Source: Chiloscyllium plagiosum (taxonomy: Eukaryota). From it: a stretch of DNA of 64,000 bases. Position numbers and translations under genes: made by a program. Location: contig NC_057719.1 in assembly GCF_004010195.1 (NCBI RefSeq), positions 43,711,685-43,775,684 of the forward strand. The letters are read 5' to 3'. Each line of letters starts with the position of its first letter. The first letter of the stretch is position 1. Positions 1 through 13,350 of the stretch are shown piece by piece. The notes under the pieces were generated by a model, which saw nothing but the letters and a program-made list of their open reading frames with translations, did not search any database and was not told the origin of the DNA.

Positions 1-1865
1 CTTTCACTGTCTACTCTATCTAATTCTCTGATTGTCTTGTATGCCTATATCAAATCCCCTCTAAGCTTTCTTCTTTCCAATGAGAACAGGTTCAAGTCTC
101 TCAGCCTTTCCTCATAAGAGTTTCCTTCCACACCAGGCAACATCCTGGTAAATCTCCTCTGCACCTTTTCCAATGTTCCACATCCTTCCTGCAATGGGGC
201 GACCAGAACTGTGCATAATATTCCAAATGAGGCCGCACTAGCATTTTATATAGTTGCAGCATGATATTGCGACTCCGGAACTTAATCCCTCTACGAATAA
301 AACCTAACACACCGTATGCCTTCTTAACAGCACTGTCATCCTGGGTGGCAACTTTCAGGGGTCTATGTACATGGACTCCAAGATTACTCTGCACATCCAC
401 ACTACCAAGAATCTTTCCATTGACCCAGTACTCTGCCTTCCTATTATTCTTCCCAAAGTGAATGACCTCACAGTTAGCTGCATTGAACTCCATTTGCCAC
501 CTCACAGCCCAATTCTGCAGTTTATCCAAGTCCCCCTGCAACCTGTAACATTCTTCCACACTATCCACTACTCCACCGAATTTAGTGTCATCTGCAAACT
601 TACTAACCCATCCACCTATGCTTGCTCTAAGTCTTTTATAAAAGTGTCCAAACACAGATCCTTGTGGCACACCACTAGTAACCGGACTCCAAACTGAATA
701 TTTTCCATCAGTCACCATTCACTGCCTTCTTTCATAAAGCCAGTTTCTAATCCAAACTGCTAAATCATCCTCAATCCCGTGCCTCCGCATTTTCTCCAAC
801 AGCCTACCATATGGAACCTTATCAAAGGCTTTACTGAAGTCCATGTGTACTACGTCAACTGCCCTACCCTCATCTACATGCTTGGTCACCTTCTCAGAAA
901 ACTCAATGAGTTTTGAGAGACACGACTTGCGCTTGACAAAACCATGTTGACTATCTGAAATCAAATTGTTGCTTGCTAGATTATAAATCCTACCCCTTAT
1001 AATCCTTTCCAAAGCTTTTCTTACAACAGACGTAAGACTCACTGGTCAATAATTACCTGGGTCATTTTGTACTGCCCTTCTTGAACAAGGGCACAACATT
1101 TGCAATCCTCCAGACCTCTGATACTAAACCTGTAGACAATGACAACTCAAAGATCAAATCCAAAGGTTCCAACACCTCTTCCCTAGCTTCCCAGAGAATC
1201 CTCGGATAAATCCCATCCGGCCCAGGCGACTTGTCTAATTTCACTCCTAGAATTGATAACACCTCTTCCTTACTAACCTCAGTCCTTTCTAGTTTAATAT
1301 CTCATATCTCATTCAATGTCCTCTACAATATTCTCCTTTTCCTGAGTGAAAACCAATGAGAAATATTCATTTAGCACCTCTCTGATCTCCACAGAGTCCG
1401 CACACAACTTCCTATATCTGTCTTTGAATTGCCCTAGGCATCATTTTATTCCTCACATACCCTTCAGAAAGCTTTCAGTTGTCCTTTATTCTACCTCCTA
1501 AAGACTGCCCATGTCCTCTCTTTGCTCTTCTTAACTCTCTCCTTAAATCCTTCCTAGCTAATCTGTAACTCTCCATGGTTCAGATGAGACGATGTTGTCT
1601 CATCAACACATAAAGCCTCCTTCTTCTGCTTAACAAAAGATGCAATTTCTGTAGCAAACCACGGTTCCCTTACCTTATCACTTACCCCCCCCCCCACCAC
1701 CACTGCCTGACAGGGACATACCTATCAAGGATATGCAATATCTGTTCCTTAAACCCGCTCCACATTTCGATCGTCCTTATCCCCTGCATTTTGCAACCCC
1801 ATTCTATGCATCCTAAGGCTTACCTAATCGCATTATAACTGCCCTTGTCCCATCGATAACTCTTA
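1..1865 (-). mobile_element. CR1 LINE ORF2 fragment (reverse transcriptase), decayed, runs off window start
   Basis: ORFs 101-718, 719-1042 and 1062-1262 contain KSPGPDGIYPR, DFSKAFDKV, GVPQGSV, FADDTK and LVRPHLEY, broken by stops/frameshifts. Confidence 0.93.
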
Positions 1866-2059
1866 CAGAACAAAATTTCAAAATTTATAAATTATTCCAA
1901 AATTGAATGAATGGCAAACAGGAATAGACAGGCTAGTTTACCCATGGAGGAGCTGGAAGCAGAAATAAGATTTTTAAAATTTGAATGGGCAATTGAAGGA
2001 AATAAATCTGCAGGACTACAAGCAACTTACACCATCTATAAGATGCATTGCAACAACTC

Positions 2060-2345
2060 AAGTAGGCATTCGACAGCACCTTCCCAACCTGTGCCTTGTA
2101 CCATATAGAAGGACAAACACAAGTTCCTCTTCAAGGCACACACCATCTTGGTCTGGAACTAAGTCACGATTCCTTCACTGTTGCTGGGTTAAAATTCTGG
2201 AATCTCTTTCCTAAGAGCACTATGAACATACCCACACTGCCATCACGAAGTGGTTCAAAAAAAGCAGCTCATCTCTTTCTCAGGAGCAATTAGGGATGAG
2301 CTTTACATGCTGGAGTAGTCAATGGCACCCATAAACTGTGAATTA
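2060..2345 (+). mobile_element. 3' end of an old CR1/L2-group LINE (tail 'gcaattagggatg...atgctgg')
   Basis: The same tail occurs in reverse at about 40215-40400 and at the end of the SINEs at 24835 and 59365. Confidence 0.6.
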
Positions 2346-2544
2346 AGATTTTTAAAAAATGTAATGCAGTTTTAACAAGATACAGCTCCTTCCAGTTAAA
2401 CACCACAAATATGAATATTATTTCATTTCATTTCTGGATTTATTCTGCATTCTTACTATCTTTATGACAGTACCATATAGTGACAGACTGGAGGAATTGC
2501 CTTAAAGTTGCACATACAACACTAGGTAGAAATAATTTTATTTA

Positions 2545-2643
<99 letters not shown>

Positions 2644-3859
2644 TTAGCTTCAACTTCTTACATTTTCAATAACTAATGATCAGAACTGTTGCCGCCAACT
2701 GTAGGGGATCTGTAATATCCAAAAATGAGGGAAGATAGACTTATCAACTAACTAGTTTGAAGAATTCACAAAAATAGCAAAGCAGTAAGTAAGCAAGCAA
2801 GCAATAAAGTGTATTGTATAGAAAATGAAAAATGTTTGGGCACGGACATGGGATTAAAGAAACTAAAATACCAAAATAAGTACAGCAAACTTTGTTTTAA
2901 CAAAAACCCAAGAACCACCACCCTCGACAAATGAGCAAAACGTATATACCTCAAATACCAGACGTTTACTGGATTCTCACATTTCCCCGCAATGTCAGAG
3001 TGGTTACTGCCAATAAATTTTATTGATGACAAAGTTGCATTATTATTTGTCATAAATATAGTAGTGATGTGCATATCCCCTGCATTATGTTTCTATTATT
3101 TAGTGTGCATTTTTACATTGATGAAGTCGTCCACAATCAATCAAAATATTTGATCAACCAGTGCACTCCTGGTCGCATAGGTGCCAGTTAATAAAACCTT
3201 TTGCTGTAATAAAATTACTAATTTTTTAAATGTGCAATTTTAAAATGTTTAATTTTCATGGTGAGAGGAGTCATACAACTCATTCAATAAGGCTGAACAT
3301 TTTTATTTTTTGACTGAATGGCAAGAAAACAATGTGAAAATAGCTTAAGTTTGTATGAAAATCAGTGATCAAGGTATTGTGTTGCTTGCATCTGCAGAGG
3401 CTTGCACACGGGGAGAGGGACTGGGGCAGATTGGTGAAATAATACAAATTTCCACATTCAATTGTGGATAAACAATGCCATAATTTACAGACAGTGTTGT
3501 TACTATTACAACTGCAAATCTCTATTTTAATTTTTTTTTGTCCATCTTATGGAATATTGCTCTCTCAAGATGGTGTAAGAAATTTCCCAAGGTACTTCAG
3601 AATTAAAGAAACAGGGACAGGAGGTAGCCTTGAGACCCATTCAGCCATTTAGTGAATGAGTGAACTTATACCTCAACCCTGTTTTCCCACTCCATTCCCA
3701 TCCCCCTAAACTTCCTTGGTATCCAAAAATCCTTTGATGTCTGTCTTGAATATAGATTCATATATATACAAGACAGGTGGTCATTTGGCCCATCCACTCA
3801 CTATCATCTTTCTGAGGAGCAATTCAGTTAGCCCCACTCACCTGCCCTAACCCTCAAAC

Positions 3860-5905
3860 CTGGCCCACTCCCAACAGCACCCCCAGAACCCCACAGCACA
3901 TTGCCTTGCAACTGCTGACGGTGTAACAAATGACCATTTACCTCCTCTGTCCTCAGTATCCAAAGGTCCAAATGTACCTTTCAGGGAAGCAGCACTTTAG
4001 CTGTGGGAGTCGGTGGGCTTGTAGTAGATGTCCTTGGTTATTTAGTTGCCGGAGATGGAAAGGTCCAGGAAGGGGGAGGGAAGTGTCCGAGATGGTCCAG
4101 GTGGATTGGAGGTTGGGATTAAAGGTGTTGGTGAAGTTGATGAACTGTTTAACCTCCTTGTGGGTGCATGAGGTAGCACCAATACAGTCATCAATATTGC
4201 GGAGGAATAGGTGGGGGGTGGTGCCAGTGTAACTGTGGAAGATGGACTGTTTCACATACCCACAAAGAGGCAGACACAGCTGGGTCCCATGCAGGTGCCG
4301 GTGGCTACCCCTTTGGTTTGAAGGAAGTGGGAGGATTGGAAGGAGAAGTTGTTAAGGATGAGGATCAGTTCAGCCAGTTGGATGAGGTTAATTGGTAGAA
4401 GGGTACTGTTTGAGACAGCATGAGAGGAAGAAACAGAGGGCTTGGAGGCCTTCACACCGTGGCAGATGGATGTGTACAGGGACTGGATGTCCATGGAGAA
4501 GATAAGGCATTGAGAGCCAGGGAAACAAAAGTCTTGGAGGAGGTGAAGGGTGTGGGTAATGTCCTGAATGTAAATGGGGAATTCCTGGACTAAGGAGGAC
4601 AGGACGGTGTCAAGGTAGACAGAGATTAATTCAGTAGGACAGGCGCAGGCTGAGACAATGGGTCGACTGGGGAAGTCAGGTTTGTGAATCTTTGGTAGGC
4701 TGTAGATTCAGGTGGTACGGGGTTCACGGACAATGGCGTTGGAGGCTGTGGATGGGAGATTCCCCAGAGGTGATGAGGTTGTGAATAGTCTGGGAGATGG
4801 TTTGGTAATGGGAGGTGAGATTGTGGTCGAGGGAGCAGTAGGAGGTGGTGTCTGCGAGTTGGCACCTGGCTTCAGCGGTGTAGAGGTCAGTGCACCAACT
4901 ACTACTGTGCCCTTGTCTGCAGGTTTGATGGTGAGGTTGGGTTTGGAGCGGAGGGCTGCGCGTTGTGAAGGCGGGAGGTTGGACTGGGTGAGAGGGGTGG
5001 ACAGGTTGAGGCAGTCAATGTCATGGCAGTTATAAATGAAGAGGTCAAGGGCGGGTAACAGGCCAGCATGGGATGTCCAGGAGGACGGGGTGCATTGTAG
5101 GTGAGAAAAGGGGTCCTTGGTTAATGGGTGGGAGCCTTGATTGAATAAAGTGGGCCCGGAAGCAGTGGAAGAAAATGTTCAAGGTCACGACGTTTGTCAT
5201 ACTCATTAATCTGAGGCCTTTGCTGAGCATTAATCCAGCAGCGTACAATCCAGTTTACTGCATTCGCAGCTCACAACGTGGCTACAATAGGGAAACGGAG
5301 CATAGACTGGGTGACTGCTTCGCAGACCTTCTGCCCGCAAAAAAAGACACCACACAGCTTCTAGTTGCCTTTCACTTTAACACACCACCCTGTTCTCTGG
5401 CCAACACCTCTGCTTCAGGCTTGCTGCAGTGCTCCAGCGAAGCTGGAAGCACACCTAATTTTCTGCTTGGGGAACCTATAGCCCTCCAGACTTCATACCT
5501 AGTTCAACAATTATACTGTCTGAACGCCCTCATGGCCTAGCCCCCTACCACACACACCAGGCTTTGTTATTACATAGTCTGCCATTACACACTACCACTA
5601 ACAGTCTCCATTAACAGCTATTCACCCTCCCAGCTAGATAGTTACCAACACCTTTGTCTATCCAACTGTTTTCTCTCTCTTTGGGCTCTATCTCTGCCTC
5701 CCATTTACTCCTTATCCCTTCCCCCCCCACCCTATCTTCTGCATATAAACCACATTTTCCTAGCTATCATCAGTTCTGAGAAAGGGTTGCTGGACCCAAA
5801 GCGTTAACTCTGATTTCCCTTCACAAATGCTGCCAGACCTGCTGAGCTTTTCCAGCAACTTATGCTTTTGTTTCCGATATACAGCATCCGCAGTTCTTTC
5901 AATTT
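3860..5905 (+). mobile_element. Old Penelope-like 3' part (GIY-YIG region plus terminal repeat), interrupted by a second Penelope-like fragment
   Basis: 3860-4000 and 5245-5905 are collinear with 53870-54600. VYCIRSSQRG...ETEHRLGDCFA is a GIY-YIG remnant, with a decayed terminal repeat at 5770-5900. Confidence 0.75.
4001..5240 (-). mobile_element. Penelope-like reverse transcriptase fragment
   Basis: MDIQSLYTSI, KGVATGTCMGPS and LRNIDDCIGA are PLE RT motifs, frameshifted. Confidence 0.88.
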
Positions 5906-5984
5906 TTAAGCATTATTCCAGGTTTGTGATCCTAGTTCTACAAGTTCCAGCCAGGGGAATATTCTCCTGGCACTGACAATATTC

Positions 5985-6410
5985 CAGGAATGTTACTGAA
6001 GATTTGTACACCAGAACTTGCCGCACCACCAGCCAAGCCGTTCCAATACAACTACAACATTGGCTTCTACTAGCCAATGTGGGAAATCACAGCAATTCAG
6101 GCAGCATCCGACGAGCAGCAAAATCGACGTTTCGGGGAAAAGCCCCGATTCCTGATGAAGGGCTTTTGCCCGAAATGTCGATTTTGCTGTGCTCTTCCAG
6201 CACCATTGATCCAGAATCTGGTTTCCAGCATCTCAAGTCATTGTTTTTACCCCAATGTGGAAAATCAGCCAGGTATGCCCTGCACACAACAGAGGCAAGT
6301 CCAACCCAGCTATTAATCATCCCGGTCTATTCTCAATCAGGAAAGTGATGGAAGGGGTTATCAGCAGTATCACTTACTAAGTAATAGCCTGCTCATTAAC
6401 ACTCAGTTTG
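5985..6410 (+). mobile_element. Old CR1-group RT fragment split by a mini-PLE insertion
   Basis: Degenerate PELA...AKPFQYNYN...MW[insert]...SNPA...KVMEG motif run. Confidence 0.55.
6090..6251 (+). mobile_element. Mini Penelope-like terminal-repeat insertion with 5' fold-back and hammerhead motif
   Basis: TSD ccaatgtgg(g/a)aaatca at 6074-6089 and 6252-6267. CTGATGA at 6152-6158, gggc-tttt-gccc stem, GAAA at 6172-6175. Confidence 0.85.
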
Positions 6411-6688
6411 GTTATTTCTGCACATTGCTGTTTCTTAGCTCCTATAAACGGATCTATGTATTAATTTTTTAAATAAATATTTTCTCCACCTTTTACTACA
6501 TTTATTTCCTTCTTCAGTTGCATACCTCAAATCTCTTTTCCATTTTACCAGTTCTTTTTAAATGTTAGGGTGCCTGGAACATTTAGTTTCTAACATAATC
6601 AGTCCACAATAATGTATCTGTACTATTCGATCAAGCCAACCTATTTTTAAGATTTGGGCTATTACTTAATCAATGCCCTACTATCTTT

Positions 6689-6813
6689 GAGGAGAAGTGA
6701 GCACTGCAGATGCTGGAGATCAGAGTAGAGAGTAAGTTGCTGGAAAAGCACAGCAGGTCAGACAGCATCCGAGGAGCAGGAGATTCGAAGCTTCGAGCAT
6801 AAGCCCTTCATCA
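6689..6813 (-). mobile_element. Mini Penelope-like terminal-repeat insertion
   Basis: TSD gcccta(c/t)tatcttt at 6675-6688 and 6814-6827. Same sequence family as 40761-40891. Confidence 0.88.
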
Positions 6814-8160
6814 GCCCTATTATCTTTAAGCTTTCTGTCCCTTCCTGCCTCACTGCTTTTTGTTTACTTTACACAAGTTGCAACTCTCCGCAGACGCAGA
6901 ATCCATCCTCTCTCCTACCACAACATATTCCTTTTCAGTGTGTGTGACACTCCTTGCAACTAATAAATAAGCCAAATTCTCTTTCGACTGAAGATTCCAA
7001 CATTTTTGCAATGCTTTGAAGGATGATGCTTTAAATGAAAAAAAAGTATATCTTAGTAATGAATATGAGAAAGGGGATAGTAGAAGATAAACACATCCAA
7101 TACAATTGTACTTTCAACAGGAAAATAAAATTAGAGCAAATTGCAATTCAGCCACATGTGCCTACATTCTAGTCACTAATCTAAGAGCACCAGTGAAAGA
7201 GACCTTGTTGTCGATTAGTGATTGTATGATAGGGATAGAATGGACAAGATGACAAAAGGACAAGAGCAAAGCAAAAGTATCTTTTACAAAACTTTTCCAA
7301 GCTAGAAATATTTTTAATTGATTGACGTCAATTTAAAACTTTCAATGAAGGAATGAGTATAAGCTAGCACATCCTTCCTGTGGTTATCATACGGTTAAAT
7401 TACAATGGAAAACACAGCCAAACCTGTACAGCATTATTTATGCATGCAATTTCCTGGTACCGTGGTGGTTGGTGTTAAACCATACCCAGTTGTGATCAGT
7501 TAATTCAGCAGAACTGCACAAGTGAACTCAAGATTCTTCTAGTTATGTGGCTAAACAGCATAACAGATCACTTGCTATATGTACAGTCTGTCATCATGTC
7601 ACATACAAAGTTTTTTTGCAAAGATTTCATTGTTGGGATTCTACATTTTAATTTATACACAGTATCCAGAAATTTTGCTATAATAATTAATTGAAAAAGC
7701 TGGTTGGTACACTAAAAAGATTTAATGCATTCCATTTCAGATATCAAAATTTCCATGTTCTTCTTCAAAATGACCACTCAATAGTAATCTTGGGTGCCAA
7801 TATTTTCTTCAACTTATAGTTTGTATAACAATTGTTTTCCTCTAAATGGGTTGGCTAGTGGTCCATTCTTCTCATTTTGATTTGAGTAGCCCACAGGAAG
7901 CTAAAGAAAATGAACTTGTGATGCAAAAACCTCCATTCTCACACCATATAGTATAGTGTAACACATATTTACTCAAACAAAGATTTTGTTTTAAACACAA
8001 AAACTGCCTTAATTTTTCATGCCCAACCAAAAAACTACATAATCATATTTACATTAAAGGAATACCAAAAAATAATTTGGTGTCTAGATGTGTTACCATT
8101 AGCCTTAAAATTTTAAATAGCCAAATTATGTCAATGTTGGGAATCCTGGGTCATACTCAC

Positions 8161-8203
8161 CTAACTTTACATCTCCATGGTCAGTCAGTAATATATTTGC
8201 CCC
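8161..8203 (-). CDS. MAP4K5: MAP4K5 coding exon (43 nt): GANILLTDHGDVKL(A)
   Basis: ttttcttttag|GGGGCAAAT...AAGTTAG|gtgagt, canonical splice sites, in frame with both neighbours. Confidence 0.96.
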
Positions 8204-8914
8204 CTAAAAGAAAACATTTAATTTTAGAAATTAAGTAGTAATTAATTAGCATTCAGCGGATTTTTTTTAAACTTCATTTTTTCCAAGTAGGTTGGAACCG
8301 ACCATTTCCAGACCTCTGCCAATGCACTACTGATCTGGTTATACACAAGCAAATGCCTTTTTATTATTTTTGAAAATTTTAAGAAATAAGCCTTTTTCTT
8401 TTTGTCTTCAAAAACCATGGATTGCATGAGAAAGACCTGACTTTAAAAACAGATTTACCACAATAGCTGCATAATTTCACAGCAAGGAATTCAATAATTA
8501 TTGTGAACTTTCTTTTGCTATGCGATCCTGCAGATGAACAGGAACAAGGAATTGTTCAGAAGTGAAGCTAATTGATTCTCCGCTAACTGAAAACAAAATT
8601 ACAGTGACACAAACAGAGAGAAGACTAAAAAAGGTTGTCCTGTTATTCTCCCCAGTAGAAGCCGTTCTCTGCAGTGAAACCATCAGTTTAAACTTGAAGA
8701 AAACCCATTCCTGCAATAGTAGCTGTAGCTGTGACTTTTGAATTGATACAGGAGGCATTTCCCAAGTGAGGAAGTTGCTCTGTATTTCTCACCGACCAGT
8801 GGAAGCTTCCAGAGAAAGACCAATGAACACGAGGGGCCTCATTTACTCAGGTCGGATCACTTCAACATCGGAATTGCGAAACAAAGACCACTGAACTGGA
8901 CTTCCCAATTTCAC

Positions 8915-9486
8915 AAGGAGAAAGTGAGGACTGCAGATGCTGGGAGATCAGAGTCAGAAAGTGGGGCACTGGAAAAGCGCAGCAGGTCAGACAGCATCGG
9001 AGGAGCAGGAGAGTCAATGTTTCAGGCACAAACCCTTTATCAGGAATGGGGGGTGCGGCAAAGGGGGCTGAGAGATAAATAAAGGTGCTGGGGCTGGGGG
9101 GTATTTTGGAAGGCAATACATGGATGAGGATGGGGGTGATGGTGATAGGTCGGAGTGGAGGGTGGAGCGGATAGTTGGGAAGGAAGATGGACATGTTGGA
9201 CAGTTCAAAAGGTTGGAGGGTTGGATCTGGGATAAGGTGGGGGGAGGGGAAGGGACGGGAAAGGAGATGAGGAAACTGACATTATTGCCCTATGTTGGAG
9301 GGTCCCAAGGTGGAAGATGAGGAATTCTTCCGCTAAGCATTGGGTGACTAGGATTTGGCGGTGGAAGCAGGCCAGAACTTGCATGTCCTTGGGGGAGTGG
9401 AAGGGAGAGTTGAAGTGGTCAGCTCTAGGATAGTGGGGTTGCTTGGTGCATGTGTCCCGGAGATGTTCTCCGAAACGTTCCGCAAG
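8915..9486 (-). mobile_element. 5'-truncated Penelope-like element (3' UTR plus terminal repeat)
   Basis: Perfect TSD ttcccaatttcac at 8902-8914 and 9487-9499. Terminal repeat spans about 8915-9047. Confidence 0.88.
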
Positions 9487-9852
9487 TTCCCAATTTCACC
9501 AATCTACTTTACTTCTTTGTTTGTTGTGCAGGAGAGATTAAAAGGAAACCAGGATTTTAATTATTAGTGCTATTTTTGCTTCATCTGAAAACCTAGTCAG
9601 TGCCTTCTATCAACCTTAGTCTGAAATTCAAGTACTGTATACTGGAGTACTATGTTTACAACTCTGGGAATTACATGTTTTGATTTACAGCACACAACCC
9701 CATTAGATCATAACAATTAATCAGGTTGCTCAGCAACACAGGTGATCATATAGCTAATTTCCACTCTGACATGTGGCATATACAGTTTGATTTGATAATG
9801 AAAAGTCTTCAGTTTTTGGAAATTTACAACAAAAATGCAAATTTAGGCTTAC

Positions 9853-9900
9853 CTTTATATCTCGGTGCATTTTTCCTTTACTGTGTAAATAGCCCAGACC
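9853..9900 (-). CDS. MAP4K5: MAP4K5 coding exon (48 nt): GLGYLHSKGKMHRDIK, catalytic HRD loop
   Basis: tgttttgtag|GGTCTGGGC...GATATAAAG|gtaagc, phase 0/0. Confidence 0.96.
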
Positions 9901-10434
9901 CTACAAAACATGTTGTGCACCATCAAGCACAAATAATAAACTGCATAATAGTAAAACAGAAGTACAGATGAGAACAACCATTGGTCACGTGCCTAATCCA
10001 TCATAAGAAGAAAACTCTATCCCATTCAACTATCATAATCACTGAACGGTTTGACTCTACTACCATCTTGAAAAGATTAAAACGCACCTGAAGCCAGATA
10101 AATCTCAAAATTTGTCTTGAATAATTTCTAGGTTGCTATAATTTACAGCACATTCTGAAATAATGCTGTAGATTTGTCTTTTACACACAATTTGCCATTT
10201 TTTTGGTTTCTCCAAGATACCCCCCCCCTTTCAAATCTTCAATCTTTCCAAGTAATCAACTAAGATTTTGATGCTATTCCCTTAAGGGCTTAAATGACTT
10301 CCTTATACATTAAATATCAAACAAGCTAGTGGTCTGGCTCAAGGACAGTCCGGTTTCAGCATGATGATATTTGATGATTTATTCTTTAGCAACTCAAAGC
10401 ATCAAACAATTAACAATTAGTCTAGTCACTGAAG

Positions 10435-10770
10435 TGTTGTGAAGAAGGGTCACTGCAGCTGAAACATCAACTGTGCTTTCTCTCCACAAATGCTGCTACA
10501 CCTGCTGACTTGAGGGACTCACGGCAAGTTGTCGACTGAAACGGTGGAGGAGCGGGGACTACTGGCTGCAATAGGCCCAGAGCTGGCACCTTGCAGAGAC
10601 CTTGCCGAAGTCCTGGAGCTGTGTTGGGACCCCAGCTAATGAAAATTAACTCTATTTAAGTACCTTCTTTTTTATTCTTTTATGCCTCAAAGTAGCACCG
10701 GATTGTAGTGACAGAACACTTTTCACTGTATACTCTAGATATGTGACAATAAACCATTCACTTATTTGCA
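10435..10770 (+). mobile_element. Decayed PLE terminal-repeat fragment followed by an unclassified retroposon 3' tail
   Basis: tgaagaagggtcac...gaaacatc...tgctgctacacctgctga. The tail 'ttttcactgta...atgtgacaataaa' recurs in similar form at about 30420-30470. Confidence 0.5.
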
Positions 10771-11321
10771 TCTTGACTTCAATACTAACATTGTTTCATG
10801 AAAAATAATCTCTGGAATTCAGTTCATTTTATTTTACCTTTCACACAATTGTTACGGTGCTTAATTAAATCTTAAATGCTCAATGCATGAAATTTACACA
10901 GCTAAGAAGAAATGTGTCAAAGGGGATCCTGATTATCTAAGCATCGTATTTAAGACAATAATTTTTGGTGTCATTTAAACAAAAAAAAATGAAAGAGACT
11001 GGACAGATAAACCATCTTCAAAATGAATATTGGCAGCTATTTACTTTAATTATATTTCACGCAAATTTTCTCCCATCTTACTTCATCTGTTATTATGCAT
11101 AATCACCTGCTCCTTTCGTGTTTATCTAGATTTCCCATAACTATATCTATGTTTTGACCTCAATATTTCTTACAGTAGCGAATTCCGCATTCTAACCAAG
11201 TAAAATCTAACTGCCTCAAATCTATATTGAATTTAATAATATTTATTTTACAGCTGTTAATTAGAAATTACGCTGGGAAACATTTTTATCATCACAATTC
11301 GATCTGGGTAGCAATAGAGGA

Positions 11322-11490
11322 ATAGGTAGCTCAGTTTGATGGATGGCTGGTTTGTGATGCAGAATAATGTTAACAGCATGGGTTCAATTCCCATACTGGC
11401 TGGGGTCACAGCAAAGTTCCCGCTTTCTCAACCTTGCCTGAGGCATGATTACCTTAATGTTAAACTCAATACCAATGGTCTCTCTATAAT
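11322..11490 (+). mobile_element. tRNA-derived SINE, decayed
   Basis: A-box-like tagctcagtttg and B-box ggttcaattcc. Confidence 0.55.
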
Positions 11491-11811
11491 CCTTCAAAAC
11501 TGTGGCATCTATGTCCTGACCGAACATGTGGAAAATTGTTATTTCTTTAAAACATTGGTAGAATTGTTAATTGTTGTTAAAGAATGTTTCAAAAAGAATT
11601 TTAACAGTTTTTTTTAAATCAGTTACAAGTTTCTTGGATAAAAAGAAATATTGGCTCATGTGACTTTACCTGGAAGCAATAGGAACCAGTGTTAAGACCA
11701 GTAGTAATATGGTTGGAAGCCATAAAGCAGCATGAGGCAAAAGGGGAAATCAGCACAGAGATGCAGATACAAAGAAGTGTTGCATCTGGACACAGCTATC
11801 ATATTCTAATA

Positions 11812-11925
11812 ACTTGTTCAGAGATGTTGTGATCTCACACCTCTAAAATAAGCAGGACTTGAACCTAGGCCTCTTCGTTCAAAGACAGAGACCTCACACA
11901 CTACTACTGCACCATAAGAGCCCCT
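11812..11925 (-). mobile_element. Short tRNA-derived SINE (related copies at about 42020-42205 and 62395-62502)
   Basis: Reverse strand has tggtgcagtag (A box) and ggttcaagtcc (B box). Three similar copies in the window. Confidence 0.6.
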
Positions 11926-12806
11926 CAGTGTTAACGGTATCCGAGAACCTCAGAATACAACTGCCAGTGAACACAACCTAAAGACTGACTCATTTGAGTA
12001 AAATAAATGTTAGAGATCCTCGGCCCCAAAGGTTAAGTCTGAAAAAGAAGAGATATGGTGTCACACTTATGTACAGTGTGATGCAGATGCTTACGGTAGT
12101 CTTAAGAATACAGAGTTAAATTTGTTTTTATTTGAAGTATCATTTGCTTGTTAATTCCGTTGTAAATTCCATTTATTTGAACATAAATTAAGCTAAAGAT
12201 ACAAAAAAATTTAATCATTTGGTCATTTCTTTATTGGGAGGGGGGGGGGGGTTTCACGCACCAAATCTTGACATTTAGGTTCATGGTTTTCCCTCAGGAA
12301 TCATAACAAAATGTCAATCCTATAAAACCCTTTCACAATTTCAAATGTTAATCAGGCCACACCTCAACTGCCTCCTTTCTCAGTGTCCCAGAAGTCACAC
12401 TCTCAGTTCTCAGATCAGTAACCCAACCAGTGTGCAATGTCTGGGTGAGTTTACCCTTGCCATGTTGCTGCATGATGGATATCAGAACATACGATTCATC
12501 TTAAGGGTATGATTTATCTATCTTCCAAGTATTAAGAGGTGACAGACAAAACTTCTCACTATTAGTGAGAAATCAGAAAATCTATGCTCAGTGATAGTTG
12601 CTCAAAATTACTAATAATTGTAAACAAAATAACTGATTAAGTGATATAAATGAATGACATTGGGATTAATGGTCTGCAATTGTTCTGGACTTTTTTTTTC
12701 CCCAAGAACAGCAACTCACATTCAGATTAATATTATGCTAACGCATTGTTCTAGTTGCTGGCAATAAATTCTTAACATGCAAAATAAAAGAAAAACCACA
12801 ATCTAC

Positions 12807-12862
12807 CTGCAAAGTTTCTCTGCAAACATAAGCTATCTGTAGTTCTGATAGGGGTCCAGTTA
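12807..12862 (-). CDS. MAP4K5: MAP4K5 coding exon (56 nt): (V)TGPLSELQIAYVCRETLQ
   Basis: ttttacag|TAACTGGACCC...TTGCAG|gtagat, phases consistent. Confidence 0.96.
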
Positions 12863-13140
12863 CTGTAAAACAAAGCATTTTATAACTTCATTACTCAGTC
12901 AATGAACAATTAGTCTACTGCAAACTTTGGCAAACAGAATATGGAGAACTCCTTTTAAAGTACAATCAAGTCAGTACAAATGAAATTTCTATAATGCTAG
13001 TCTTGCAGAAAGGGAACTAAGCGAGAGACAGGTGGAAAAAAAAAGCTAGTTGGGATGAGTGGCAGAGTGTAGTGGCTGGCAATACAGGAACAGATGCAAA
13101 GAGGGCATTGGACCCAAAGAAGAAATTCTAAACCAGGGCG

Positions 13141-13350
13141 AATGAGTGGGTGAGTGGGTGTGAGAGAGAGTGAGTGAGTGAGGGAGGTGAGGGAGGTGAG
13201 GGAGGTGAGGGAGGTGAGGGAGGTGAGTGAGGTGAGTGAGGTGAGTGAAGTGAGTGAGGTGAGTGAGGTGAGTGAGGTGAGTGAGGTGAGGGAGGTGAGG
13301 GAGGTGAGGGAGGTGAGGGAGGTGAGGGAGGTGAGGGAGGTGAGGGAGAG
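13141..13350. repeat. 9-bp tandem repeat (GAGGGAGGT / GAGTGAGGT)n
   Basis: About 5 GAGGGAGGT, 7 GAGTGAGGT, then about 6 GAGGGAGGT units, preceded by (GAGT)-type repeats. Confidence 0.95.

Noticed and set aside
101..718. Reverse-transcriptase ORFs as functional genes (also 15931, 18590, 34192, 53086)
   Set aside because: All are fragments of LINE/PLE copies broken by stops and frameshifts; no intact autonomous element in the window.
8500..8900. Unique intronic segment with an ETS-like GAGGAAGT motif
   Set aside because: Single short motifs occur by chance; no other evidence for a promoter or enhancer.
11322..11400. tRNA-like A/B boxes (also in HE1 heads)
   Set aside because: No complete cloverleaf; they are SINE heads, not tRNA genes.
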